Assembly: GCA_902764545.1 (NCBI GenBank)
Contig: CACWWC010000001.1
Span: 26,482-90,481, forward strand
From: an uncultured Erysipelotrichaceae bacterium
GTDB lineage: Bacteria; Bacillota_I; Bacilli_A; RF39; UBA660
Length of the DNA stretch: 64,000 bases
Reading direction: 5' to 3'
This document shows, in pieces, positions 56,965 through 64,000 of the stretch. The notes below the pieces were generated by a model, which had not been told where the DNA came from, ran no database searches, and saw only the letters and a list, made by a program, of their open reading frames with translations. The position numbers and the translations under genes are program-made. The first letter of the stretch is position 1. Every line of letters starts with the position of its first letter.

Positions 56965-58365
56965 GTGAGAATTTTTAACACATTAACAAAAAAAGTAGAG
57001 GATTTTATTCCGCATAATAAAGATATAGTAACTATGTATACTTGTGGGCCAACTGTTTATCATTATGCGCATATTGGAAATATGCGAACATATATTAGTG
57101 AGGATGTACTGGAAAAAACATTAGTTTTTTTAGGGTATAATGTTAAACGCTGTATGAATATAACTGATGTTGGGCATATGGTTGGAGATGGTGATGCTGG
57201 TGAGGATAAAATGTCTGTTGCAGCAAAGAGGGAGCATAAGAGTTCACTACAAATTGCAGAATTTTATACTAATGCGTTTAAAGCTGATTGTGAAAAGCTT
57301 AATATTAGATGGCCTAAAATTGTTAGTAATGCGAGTGATAATATTGATGAATATATTAAAATAGTTAGTTATTTAATTGATAACGATTTTGCATATATAA
57401 GTGATGGTAATGTTTATTTTGATACAACAAAATCGCCAAATTATTATGAATTAAGTGGGCGAAACAGTGATGATTTAATTGTAGCTGTTAGAGAGGACAT
57501 TTCTGAGGACTCTTCTAAAAGAAATCCTTTTGATTTTGGCCTTTGGTTTACAAATTCTAAGTTTAATAATCAAGAGCTACAGTGGGATTCTCCTTGGGGT
57601 AGAGGATACCCGGGATGGCATATAGAATGTTCAGGAATTTCTATAAAATACTTGGGTGAATATTTGGATATTCATTGTGGCGCAGAAGATGCCGTTTTTC
57701 CACATCATACTAATGAAATTGCCCAATCAGAATCTTACTTAGGTCATAAATGGTGTAATTATTGGGTTCATTTTGGTTTTTTAAATGATAATTCTGGGAA
57801 AATGAGTAAATCAAATGGTGAGTTTTTAACTGTGTCTGTATTAGAAGAAAAGGGGTTTGATCCTATTATATATAGATTTTATTGTTTGCAGTCTCATTAT
57901 CATAAACAGTTGGTTTTTACCTTTGATGGATTAAGTCAAACTAGGAATACTTATAATAAATTAATTAACAAAATTAAACAGATATCTGATGATGGTTCAT
58001 CAATTGAAAAAAATAAGACTGAAAGTTTTATAAATAGATTTAAAGATGAGTTATCTGATGATCTTAATACTGCAAATGCAATAACAGTTTTGTATGATGT
58101 TATAAAAAGCGATTTAAATAATAATTCAAAGCTTTATTTAATTGGAGAATTTGATAAAGTACTAAGTCTAAATTTGATTCAATCATTTGATAATAAGATT
58201 GAAGATAATCTCCTTGATTTTATTAATGAACAAATTGAGTTAAGAAAATGTGCTAAATCTGAAAAAAATTATGAGTTAGCAGATAAAATTAGAACTGATC
58301 TTGCACAAAAAGGTATAGTTTTAAAAGATACCCGTGATGGAACGACTTTTGAAATTGTTAAGTGA
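56965..58365 (+). CDS. cysS: Cysteine--tRNA ligase
   Basis: 466 aa, GTG start behind GAGGTGA. HIGN (HYAHIGNMRTY), KMSKS, and zinc-binding C/H residues (WHIECS). Confidence 0.95.
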   Translation: MRIFNTLTKKVEDFIPHNKDIVTMYTCGPTVYHYAHIGNMRTYISEDVLEKTLVFLGYNVKRCMNITDVGHMVGDGDAGEDKMSVAAKREHKSSLQIAEFYTNAFKADCEKLNIRWPKIVSNASDNIDEYIKIVSYLIDNDFAYISDGNVYFDTTKSPNYYELSGRNSDDLIVAVREDISEDSSKRNPFDFGLWFTNSKFNNQELQWDSPWGRGYPGWHIECSGISIKYLGEYLDIHCGAEDAVFPHHTNEIAQSESYLGHKWCNYWVHFGFLNDNSGKMSKSNGEFLTVSVLEEKGFDPIIYRFYCLQSHYHKQLVFTFDGLSQTRNTYNKLINKIKQISDDGSSIEKNKTESFINRFKDELSDDLNTANAITVLYDVIKSDLNNNSKLYLIGEFDKVLSLNLIQSFDNKIEDNLLDFINEQIELRKCAKSEKNYELADKIRTDLAQKGIVLKDTRDGTTFEIVK

Positions 58366-58390
58366 TAAGTTATTGGTGGTTGATAATATA

Positions 58391-58765
58391 ATGAATGTAA
58401 ATGAAATTAATATATTAGTTCTTGCCTATTTAGGAGATACGATATATGAAAATTATGTTAGAAGATTTTTAATCAGTAGCGGTCTAGCAAATGTCAATGA
58501 TTTACAAAAGGCGGCGGTCAAGTATGTTAGTGCTGTTGGGCAGGCAGGCTTTTTAAAACTTATGCTTGAAAATAACTTTTTAACAGATGAGGAGATTTCT
58601 GTTGTCAAAAGAGCTCGAAATTATAGAACAACTTCTCATCCTAAAAATTGTGATATTATCACTTATAAATATGCAACAGGATTAGAAGCTTTAATTGGTT
58701 TTTTAGATATTTTAAAAAGAAAAGAAAGGATTGATAAAATAATGAATTTTATCTTGGATAAGTAG
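58391..58765 (+). CDS. mrnC: Mini-ribonuclease 3
   Basis: Start re-called at ATG 58391. LAYLGDTIYENYVRRFL matches the Mini-III signature. Follows cysS as in Bacillus. Confidence 0.85.
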   Translation: MNVNEINILVLAYLGDTIYENYVRRFLISSGLANVNDLQKAAVKYVSAVGQAGFLKLMLENNFLTDEEISVVKRARNYRTTSHPKNCDIITYKYATGLEALIGFLDILKRKERIDKIMNFILDK

Positions 58766-59467
58766 ATGCTTGTATATGGAAAAAATGTTGCGAGGGATTT
58801 ATTATATAATGATAAAGAAATAAAAAAGATTTTTTTACAAGATAATTTTAGTGATAAAGATATTATTTCAATGATAGAAAATAGAAATATTCCCGTTGAA
58901 AGACTTTCAAAAAAACAAATTGATGATTTGTGTTCGGGAGTTAATCAAGGTATAATTCTTTCTATTCCGGATTACCAATACAGAAATATTAGTATATTAG
59001 ATACATCAGATGAAGATGATATAGTGGTTATTCTTGATCATTTGGAGGATCCACATAATTTGGGTGCTATAATTAGAACATGCGAAGCAGCTGGAATTAA
59101 ATCTATAATAATGAGCAGTGATAGGCAAGTACAAGTTAATGCTACAGTTATGAAAACAAGTGTAGGTACTTTGAGTGATGTTAATATTATTTTAGTTTCA
59201 AATATTGCTAATACGATTGATAGGTTAAAAAAACTTGGATATTGGATAATTGGAACATCACTTACAAACAGTGTTGATTATAAATCAATTGATTATTCTT
59301 CAAAAATTGCTTTAATTATAGGAAATGAGGCAAAAGGTATCTCTAGATTGGTAAGTAAAAAATGCGATTTTTTGGTAAAAATCCCTATGTATGGAAAAAC
59401 AAATAGTTTGAATGCTAGCGTTGCTGCAGGGATAATGATATATGAGGCGATTCGGAATAGAAAGTAG
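58766..59467 (+). CDS. rlmB: 23S rRNA 2'-O-ribose G2251 methyltransferase RlmB (SpoU/TrmH family, YacO)
   Basis: 233 aa. LDHLEDPHNLGAIIRT, IIGNEAKGIS, SLNASVAAGIMIYE are SpoU motifs 1-3. Confidence 0.85.
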   Translation: MLVYGKNVARDLLYNDKEIKKIFLQDNFSDKDIISMIENRNIPVERLSKKQIDDLCSGVNQGIILSIPDYQYRNISILDTSDEDDIVVILDHLEDPHNLGAIIRTCEAAGIKSIIMSSDRQVQVNATVMKTSVGTLSDVNIILVSNIANTIDRLKKLGYWIIGTSLTNSVDYKSIDYSSKIALIIGNEAKGISRLVSKKCDFLVKIPMYGKTNSLNASVAAGIMIYEAIRNRK

Positions 59468-59472
59468 GTAAT

Positions 59473-60045
59473 ATGAATTACAAAAATTATAACGATTATG
59501 AGCTTATATATGATGTTAAAGAAAACGATTATAATTCATATAATATTTTATTTAACAAATATTTGCCAGTTCTAAAAAGTTTGACATATAAATATTATAA
59601 AAATTATAAAAATTATGGTTATGATTATGATGATTTTTTTCAAGAGGCGTCCATTGCTTTCAGTAATGCTGTTGAAAAATATGATGCTGAGAAAAATGCT
59701 CTTTTTTATACCTTTGTTACTCTATGTGTTAATAGATCTTTACTATCTTTTTGTAGAATGATTTCATGTCATAGAAAAAATATAAGTAATTGTTATCTGG
59801 TAAATATTGATGATTGTAATATTTGTGAGGAGTCTAATATTGATAATTACTTTTCATATAGAGGCCGAATAGATATTATTAAAAAAGCAATATACAATAT
59901 GGATATAGAGGAATCTTGTATTTTGGAATTAAAATATAATGGATTTACATATAAAGAGATAAGTACTCTTCTTGATATTTCACTCAGAAGAGCACAGTTT
60001 AAGGGGCGCAAAATTCTAAAAGAAATAAAAAACTATCTTGATTAA
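59473..60045 (+). CDS. sigH: Sigma-70 family factor, SigH-like by position
   Basis: 190 aa. Region 2 (DDFFQEASIAFSNAVEKYD...FYTFVTLCVNRSL) and region 4 HTH (YKEISTLLDISLRRAQFKGRKIL). Located between rlmB and secE-nusG, as sigH is in Bacillus. Confidence 0.7.
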   Translation: MNYKNYNDYELIYDVKENDYNSYNILFNKYLPVLKSLTYKYYKNYKNYGYDYDDFFQEASIAFSNAVEKYDAEKNALFYTFVTLCVNRSLLSFCRMISCHRKNISNCYLVNIDDCNICEESNIDNYFSYRGRIDIIKKAIYNMDIEESCILELKYNGFTYKEISTLLDISLRRAQFKGRKILKEIKNYLD

Positions 60046-60105
60046 ATATAATTTGAATTTTTTTTAATTTTGATTTAAAATATATTTAAGATAGAGGGTG
60101 ATTGT

Positions 60106-60807
60106 GTGAATGAGAGAATTTCTATTTCCAAGAAAAATGAAGAATTCCCTACTTTATTTGAATGGTTAAGTGAACATCACTCTGATGAGGAAATTCGTGA
60201 GGTTTTTCTATATATGGATATGGCTCTAAAGTACATCCACGAACATAATTACTGTATAGAAGTTTTTTATCCTTCTCATATTCATGTATTAAATGGAGAC
60301 CCTCATTATATTAGATTTGATAATTTGATTAAATTAAGTGATGATCAAGCTGAAAGAAGAAGTATGATAAGAGAAGATTTGTTTAATTCAACTTTAATAC
60401 AGGTTGGAATTTATACTAATACATTAAAAAATCTTACTCCTGAGGTATTAAAGGATTATTTTGATGATTTGTCTAAGTTTGTTCCTGATGGAGATGTTCC
60501 ATATTATCGTGGCATTGTTCAAAGAGGCGCATCTGTTTATTTTTCGGAATATGCTTCAGAAAAATCATATAGAGATTTAGTACAACTTGAAAAACAGGTT
60601 TCCGAATCTGAAGGAAAAAAGGAAGTATTAGATTTTAATTTACAAAAAACAAATTTATCTAATGATGCTATAAATGAGACTATATATAGAAAGATTAGTG
60701 TGCGAAAAGAGGCGGCTTTTGTTATTAGTGCTTCCCTAATTGTGCTAGTTTTTTTAACTATTGTTTTTATGACTATGATTGGTTGGATTATTGTTTATAC
60801 AAGATAA
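60106..60807 (+). CDS. Hypothetical tail-anchored membrane protein
   Basis: 233 aa, GTG start behind AGAGGGTGA. Soluble N-terminal domain of about 200 aa and one C-terminal TM (AAFVISASLIVLVFLTIVFMTMIGWIIVY). No catalytic motif recognised. Confidence 0.5.
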   Translation: MNERISISKKNEEFPTLFEWLSEHHSDEEIREVFLYMDMALKYIHEHNYCIEVFYPSHIHVLNGDPHYIRFDNLIKLSDDQAERRSMIREDLFNSTLIQVGIYTNTLKNLTPEVLKDYFDDLSKFVPDGDVPYYRGIVQRGASVYFSEYASEKSYRDLVQLEKQVSESEGKKEVLDFNLQKTNLSNDAINETIYRKISVRKEAAFVISASLIVLVFLTIVFMTMIGWIIVYTR

Positions 60808-60812
60808 TTATA

Positions 60813-60850
60813 TTGACATTTCTAGGTGTTTATGGTATTTTATATGTGTA
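60813..60850 (+). promoter_or_regulatory. Sigma-A-type promoter for secE-nusG
   Basis: TTGACA (60813-60818), then after a spacer of about 17 nt tggTATTTT, an extended -10-like box. Confidence 0.45.
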
Positions 60851-60897
60851 AGCACGTTGAAGTGTTTTTATTTTGAAAAAATGAAACAGGTGATGTT

Positions 60898-61212
60898 ATG
60901 GCTGAGGTAAGGAAAAAAGTTATTGAGGATAAGTTCAATACTAGTAAAATTAAGGTTAAAGAAAAAAGTAAAAGTGTTAAGAATGAAAATAAGAATGTAA
61001 AAAGAAAGGAACTTCTAAATAATGAAGGCTTTTTTGCAAAAATTAGAATATTTTTTAATGGTGTAAAAAGTGAATTTAAAAAAGTTCACTGGACTTCTAA
61101 GAGTGATATGTTAAAATACTCAATTGCAACAATATTTTTTATTATTTTTTGTTCCCTATTTTTTTATCTAGTAGAAGTTATATTTGCTTTGGTGCAATCA
61201 ATCTTTTCTTAG
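60898..61212 (+). CDS. secE: Preprotein translocase subunit SecE with a Lys-rich N-terminal extension
   Basis: 104 aa. C-terminal FFNGVKSEFKKVHWTSKSDMLKYSIATIFFIIFCSLFFYLVE is the SecE core. The first 45 aa or so are K/N/E-rich. Confidence 0.85.
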   Translation: MAEVRKKVIEDKFNTSKIKVKEKSKSVKNENKNVKRKELLNNEGFFAKIRIFFNGVKSEFKKVHWTSKSDMLKYSIATIFFIIFCSLFFYLVEVIFALVQSIFS

Positions 61213-61223
61213 GAGGTAGTTTT

Positions 61224-61757
61224 ATGGAAAAACAGTGGTTTGTAGTTAATACTTATTCAGGACATGAGAATAAAGTAAAAGAAAAACTTGAAATGAGAGC
61301 CGAGTCAATGGGAATGCAAGATTATATTTATAGAGTGGTTATACCTGAGGAGAAAGTTGTTGAAGTTAAAGATGGTGTTACTAAGGAGAAAATAAAGAAA
61401 ATGTTCCCTGGATATATACTTGTGGAGATGGTTATGACTGATGAAGCTTGGTATGTTGTAAGGAATACTCCTGGAGTAACTGGATTTATTGGATCTAGTG
61501 GAAAAGGAGCAAAGCCAACTCCTTTGCAACCATATGAAGTTGATAAGATTCTTGGAAATATGGGAATAAGTCGAATGAATGTTGAAACTGAATTAACAGA
61601 GGGTACAAATGTTAAAATTATTGCCGGGCCATTTAATGGTATGTATGGTAAAGTTGATTCGGTGGATATGCCTAATCAGAAGGTAATGCTTTTGGTTGAT
61701 TTGTTTGGACAAGAAACTTCTGTTGAAGTTGAACTTGGACAAATAGAAAATGCATAG
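61224..61757 (+). CDS. nusG: Transcription termination/antitermination factor NusG
   Basis: Start re-called at ATG 61224 behind AGGAGG (MEKQWFVVNTYSGHENKV). KOW motif GTNVKIIAGPFNGMYGKV. Confidence 0.95.
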   Translation: MEKQWFVVNTYSGHENKVKEKLEMRAESMGMQDYIYRVVIPEEKVVEVKDGVTKEKIKKMFPGYILVEMVMTDEAWYVVRNTPGVTGFIGSSGKGAKPTPLQPYEVDKILGNMGISRMNVETELTEGTNVKIIAGPFNGMYGKVDSVDMPNQKVMLLVDLFGQETSVEVELGQIENA

Positions 61758-61823
61758 AATGTTCTTGCATTTTTTTTTTCTTTATGTTATTATTTAAGAG
61801 CTATATTTATTTGATATAGATTT

Positions 61824-61878
61824 AGTGGGAAGCATGGTTTGCATTTTTAAAAGCGGTAATCAAGCTATTTGGACCACT
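61824..61878 (+). promoter_or_regulatory. Candidate L1-binding leader structure upstream of rplK
   Basis: AGTGG (61824-61828) can pair with CCACT (61874-61878). The helix is flanked internally by GGGAAG and GGAC, resembling the GGGA / GAC elements of L1 operator mimics. Unverified. Confidence 0.3.
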
Positions 61879-61907
61879 CGCGAAAACTAAAATAGGAGGT
61901 GTTTTTC

Positions 61908-62339
61908 GTGGCAAAAGAAGCAGTTAAAAAAATTAAATTACAAATTGCAGCAGGAAAAGCTACACCAGCTCCACCAGTTGGTACGGTATTAGGTCCTGCA
62001 GGAATTAACCTACAAGATTTTTGTACAAAATATAATGATGCAACAAGAGATAAGATGGGGGATGTTTTACCAGTAGAAATTTCTGTTTATGAAGATAGAA
62101 GTTTTGATTTTGTTATTAAGACTCCACCTACTGCATTTTTATTAAAGAAATTTGCTAAGATTCAAAAAGGTTCTACTAAGGGTTCTAGTGAAACTGTTGC
62201 AACAATATCACAAGATACTTTGAGAGAAATTGCAGAAATTAAATTACCTGATCTTAATGCATATAATATTGAAGAAGCAATGAGAATTGTTGCTGGAACT
62301 GCTAAAAATATGGGAATTGTCATTGAGGGACAAGAGTAA
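61908..62339 (+). CDS. rplK: 50S ribosomal protein L11
   Basis: GTG start at 61908 behind [46 protein letters not shown]. Confidence 0.95.
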   Translation: MAKEAVKKIKLQIAAGKATPAPPVGTVLGPAGINLQDFCTKYNDATRDKMGDVLPVEISVYEDRSFDFVIKTPPTAFLLKKFAKIQKGSTKGSSETVATISQDTLREIAEIKLPDLNAYNIEEAMRIVAGTAKNMGIVIEGQE

Positions 62340-62417
62340 TATTTTATTTTTAGTAAATCCATAGGTAATGCCTAGTGGAAGGGAAAATCCGCTTTAACCA
62401 CATAAGGAGGAAAAAAG

Positions 62418-63113
62418 ATGAGAAAAAGAAGTAAAAAGTATGTTGAAGCTGTATCTAAAATAGATAAAAATCAAATATATACTAAAGAAGAAGCTATTAA
62501 ACTTGTGAAAGAAACTTCAATAAGTTCATTTGATGGTTCTGTTGAGGTTGCTATGAGACTTAATCTTGATACTAAAAAAGCTGATCAACAGTTGAGAGGT
62601 GCAATTGTTCTTCCAAAGGGAACTGGAAAAACAAAGAAAGTATTAGTAGTTACAAGAGGACCAAAGGCTCAGGAGGCAAAAGATGCTGGAGCTGATTATG
62701 TTGGTGATACTGATATGATAGAAAAGATTGAAAAGGAAAATTGGTTTGATTTTGATACAATTATTGCAACTCCAGATATGATGCCTTTATTAGGAAAATT
62801 GGGTAGAGTGTTAGGTCCAAAAGGACTAATGCCAAATCCTAAGACTGGTACAGTAACAATGGATGTAAAAAAAGCTGTTGAGGAAGTAAAAGCTGGTCGT
62901 GTTGAATATAGGACTGATAGTTTTGGTAATATTCATGGTGTGATTGGTAAGGTTTCTTTTAGCGAAGAAGATCTTATTGCTAATCTTGATGCTTTTGTTG
63001 CTCAGATTATAAAAATTAAACCTGCAACTGTAAAAGGTGAGTATGTTAAAAATATTTCTATTTCAGCTACAATGGGTCCTGGTATAAAAGTTGAAAATAG
63101 TTTTGACAAATAA
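62418..63113 (+). CDS. rplA: 50S ribosomal protein L1
   Basis: 231 aa; [23 protein letters not shown]..., [15 protein letters not shown]. Confidence 0.95.
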   Translation: MRKRSKKYVEAVSKIDKNQIYTKEEAIKLVKETSISSFDGSVEVAMRLNLDTKKADQQLRGAIVLPKGTGKTKKVLVVTRGPKAQEAKDAGADYVGDTDMIEKIEKENWFDFDTIIATPDMMPLLGKLGRVLGPKGLMPNPKTGTVTMDVKKAVEEVKAGRVEYRTDSFGNIHGVIGKVSFSEEDLIANLDAFVAQIIKIKPATVKGEYVKNISISATMGPGIKVENSFDK

Positions 63114-63124
63114 TAAAATATAGT

Positions 63125-63272
63125 TTATAATAAAGACAATTTGTTGGTGCCATAGACAGTAGGTATAAATGTAAATCCTACCGAGGACTTTGTATAAGTG
63201 GAAGAGAGTCCTTTGGTATGTGCTAAAGGACTCTTTTATGGTATCCCTCAATATAGATTAAGGAGGTGTATT
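63125..63272 (+). promoter_or_regulatory. Candidate L10 (rplJ) leader
   Basis: A 160-nt structured gap before rplJ with hairpins such as gtaggtataaatgtaaatcctac and aggactctt...aaaggactctt repeats. Position matches the Firmicute L10 leader; the model was not scored. Confidence 0.45.
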
Positions 63273-63767
63273 ATGGCAAGTGAAAAAATTCTAAGTCAAA
63301 AACAGATGGTCATTGATGAAATTAAGGAACGTACTCAAAACGCTGTGTCAGTTGTATTGTTTGATTACAGAGGATTAACTGATAGCGAGTCAAAAGAATT
63401 GCGTATTAAGCTTAGAAAGAGTGGATCTGATTATAAGATTTACAAAAATACATTGATGACAAGAGCTTTTAATGATTTAGGAATTGATCTTAGTGAAGGA
63501 TTAACCGGTCCAAGTGCATTTGCGTATAGTGATGATCAAGTTGCACCGATTAAGATTTTATCTGAGTTTGCTAAAGAACACCCAGCATTAGTTTTAAAAG
63601 TAGGGATTGTTGATGGAGAAAAAGCTGATCAAGCTAAGTTGGCTGAATATGCTACTTTACCATCTAGAGAACAATTGCTTACAATGCTTGCTGGTGGTAT
63701 GATTGGTATTGTAAAAGACTTATCAATTTGTTTAGACTTATATAGTCAACAAAAAGAAGAAAATTAA
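63273..63767 (+). CDS. rplJ: 50S ribosomal protein L10
   Basis: Start re-called at ATG 63273 behind AGGAGGTG (MASEKILSQKQMVIDEIKE...). Confidence 0.95.
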   Translation: MASEKILSQKQMVIDEIKERTQNAVSVVLFDYRGLTDSESKELRIKLRKSGSDYKIYKNTLMTRAFNDLGIDLSEGLTGPSAFAYSDDQVAPIKILSEFAKEHPALVLKVGIVDGEKADQAKLAEYATLPSREQLLTMLAGGMIGIVKDLSICLDLYSQQKEEN

Positions 63768-63788
63768 TATAAAATAGGAGGAAAGAAA

Positions 63789-64000
63789 ATGGCTAAATTA
63801 ACAAAAGAAGACTTTATCAGTAGTTTAAAAGAAATGAATTTATTAGAAATTAAGGAATTAGTTGATGCAATGAAGGAAGAATTTGGTGTTGATCCAAGTG
63901 CTGTTGCTGTCGCTGCTCCTGCTGCAGGTGCTGCAGCTGCAGATGCTGCACCAAGTACTGTTACTGTTTCTATTGCTGAGGCAGGAGCAGGTAAAGTTGG
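63789..64000 (+). CDS. rplL: 50S ribosomal protein L7/L12 (N-terminal part; runs off the window end)
   Basis: ATG 63789 behind AGGAGG. My translation gives [55 protein letters not shown]..., the classic L12 N-domain plus Ala-rich hinge. Confidence 0.9.
   Translation, partial: MAKLTKEDFISSLKEMNLLEIKELVDAMKEEFGVDPSAVAVAAPAAGAAAADAAPSTVTVSIAEAGAGKV

Overview
Visibly AT-rich (about a quarter to a third G+C by eye) Bacillota chromosome window centred on the replication origin, with Bacillus-like gene order and standard genetic code (TGA used as a stop). Minus-strand block 1-18910: walJ-like MBL hydrolase (partial), LysM/G5/M23 peptidase, dnaB, rplI, short DHH phosphoesterase, rpsR-ssb-rpsF, ychF, AbgT transporter, DUF951, MscS channel, spo0J-soj, a long Noc-like ParB paralog, rsmG-mnmG-mnmE, jag, yidC, rnpA, rpmH. 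oriC DnaA-box cluster at about 19014-19132. Plus-strand block from there: dnaA-dnaN, a ComK-family gene, recF-gyrB-gyrA, an ORF-free spacer of about 790 bp, a small SRP RNA, tadA-dnaX-ebfC-recR, bofA-like, holB, yaaT, yabB-like methyltransferase, rsmI, pth, mfd, a hypothetical, a Met T-box and metG, tatD, a three-gene accessory cassette (two paralogous membrane-anchored proteins plus a SipW-type signal peptidase), rsmA, yabG, veg, spoVG, yabP-yabQ-divIC, tilS, ftsH, mscL, dusB, RDD protein, lysS, YfcC-like membrane protein, cysS, mrnC, rlmB, sigH-like sigma factor, an unknown tail-anchored protein, secE-nusG, and rplK-rplA-rplJ-rplL (partial). The sporulation markers (bofA-like, yaaT, yabG, spoVG, yabP, yabQ, sigH) suggest a spore-former or a recent descendant of one. 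Two things stand out. (1) The gyrA-tadA spacer, where B. subtilis has an rRNA operon, instead holds two near-perfect parS sites, two perfect Noc-binding-site palindromes with tandem half-sites, and several DnaA boxes. (2) The SipW-plus-paralogs cassette sits inside the otherwise conserved tatD-rsmA block. No tRNA, rRNA, CRISPR array or mobile element was seen. Many ORF-track starts are over-extended; I re-called them from Shine-Dalgarno spacing and N-terminal homology.
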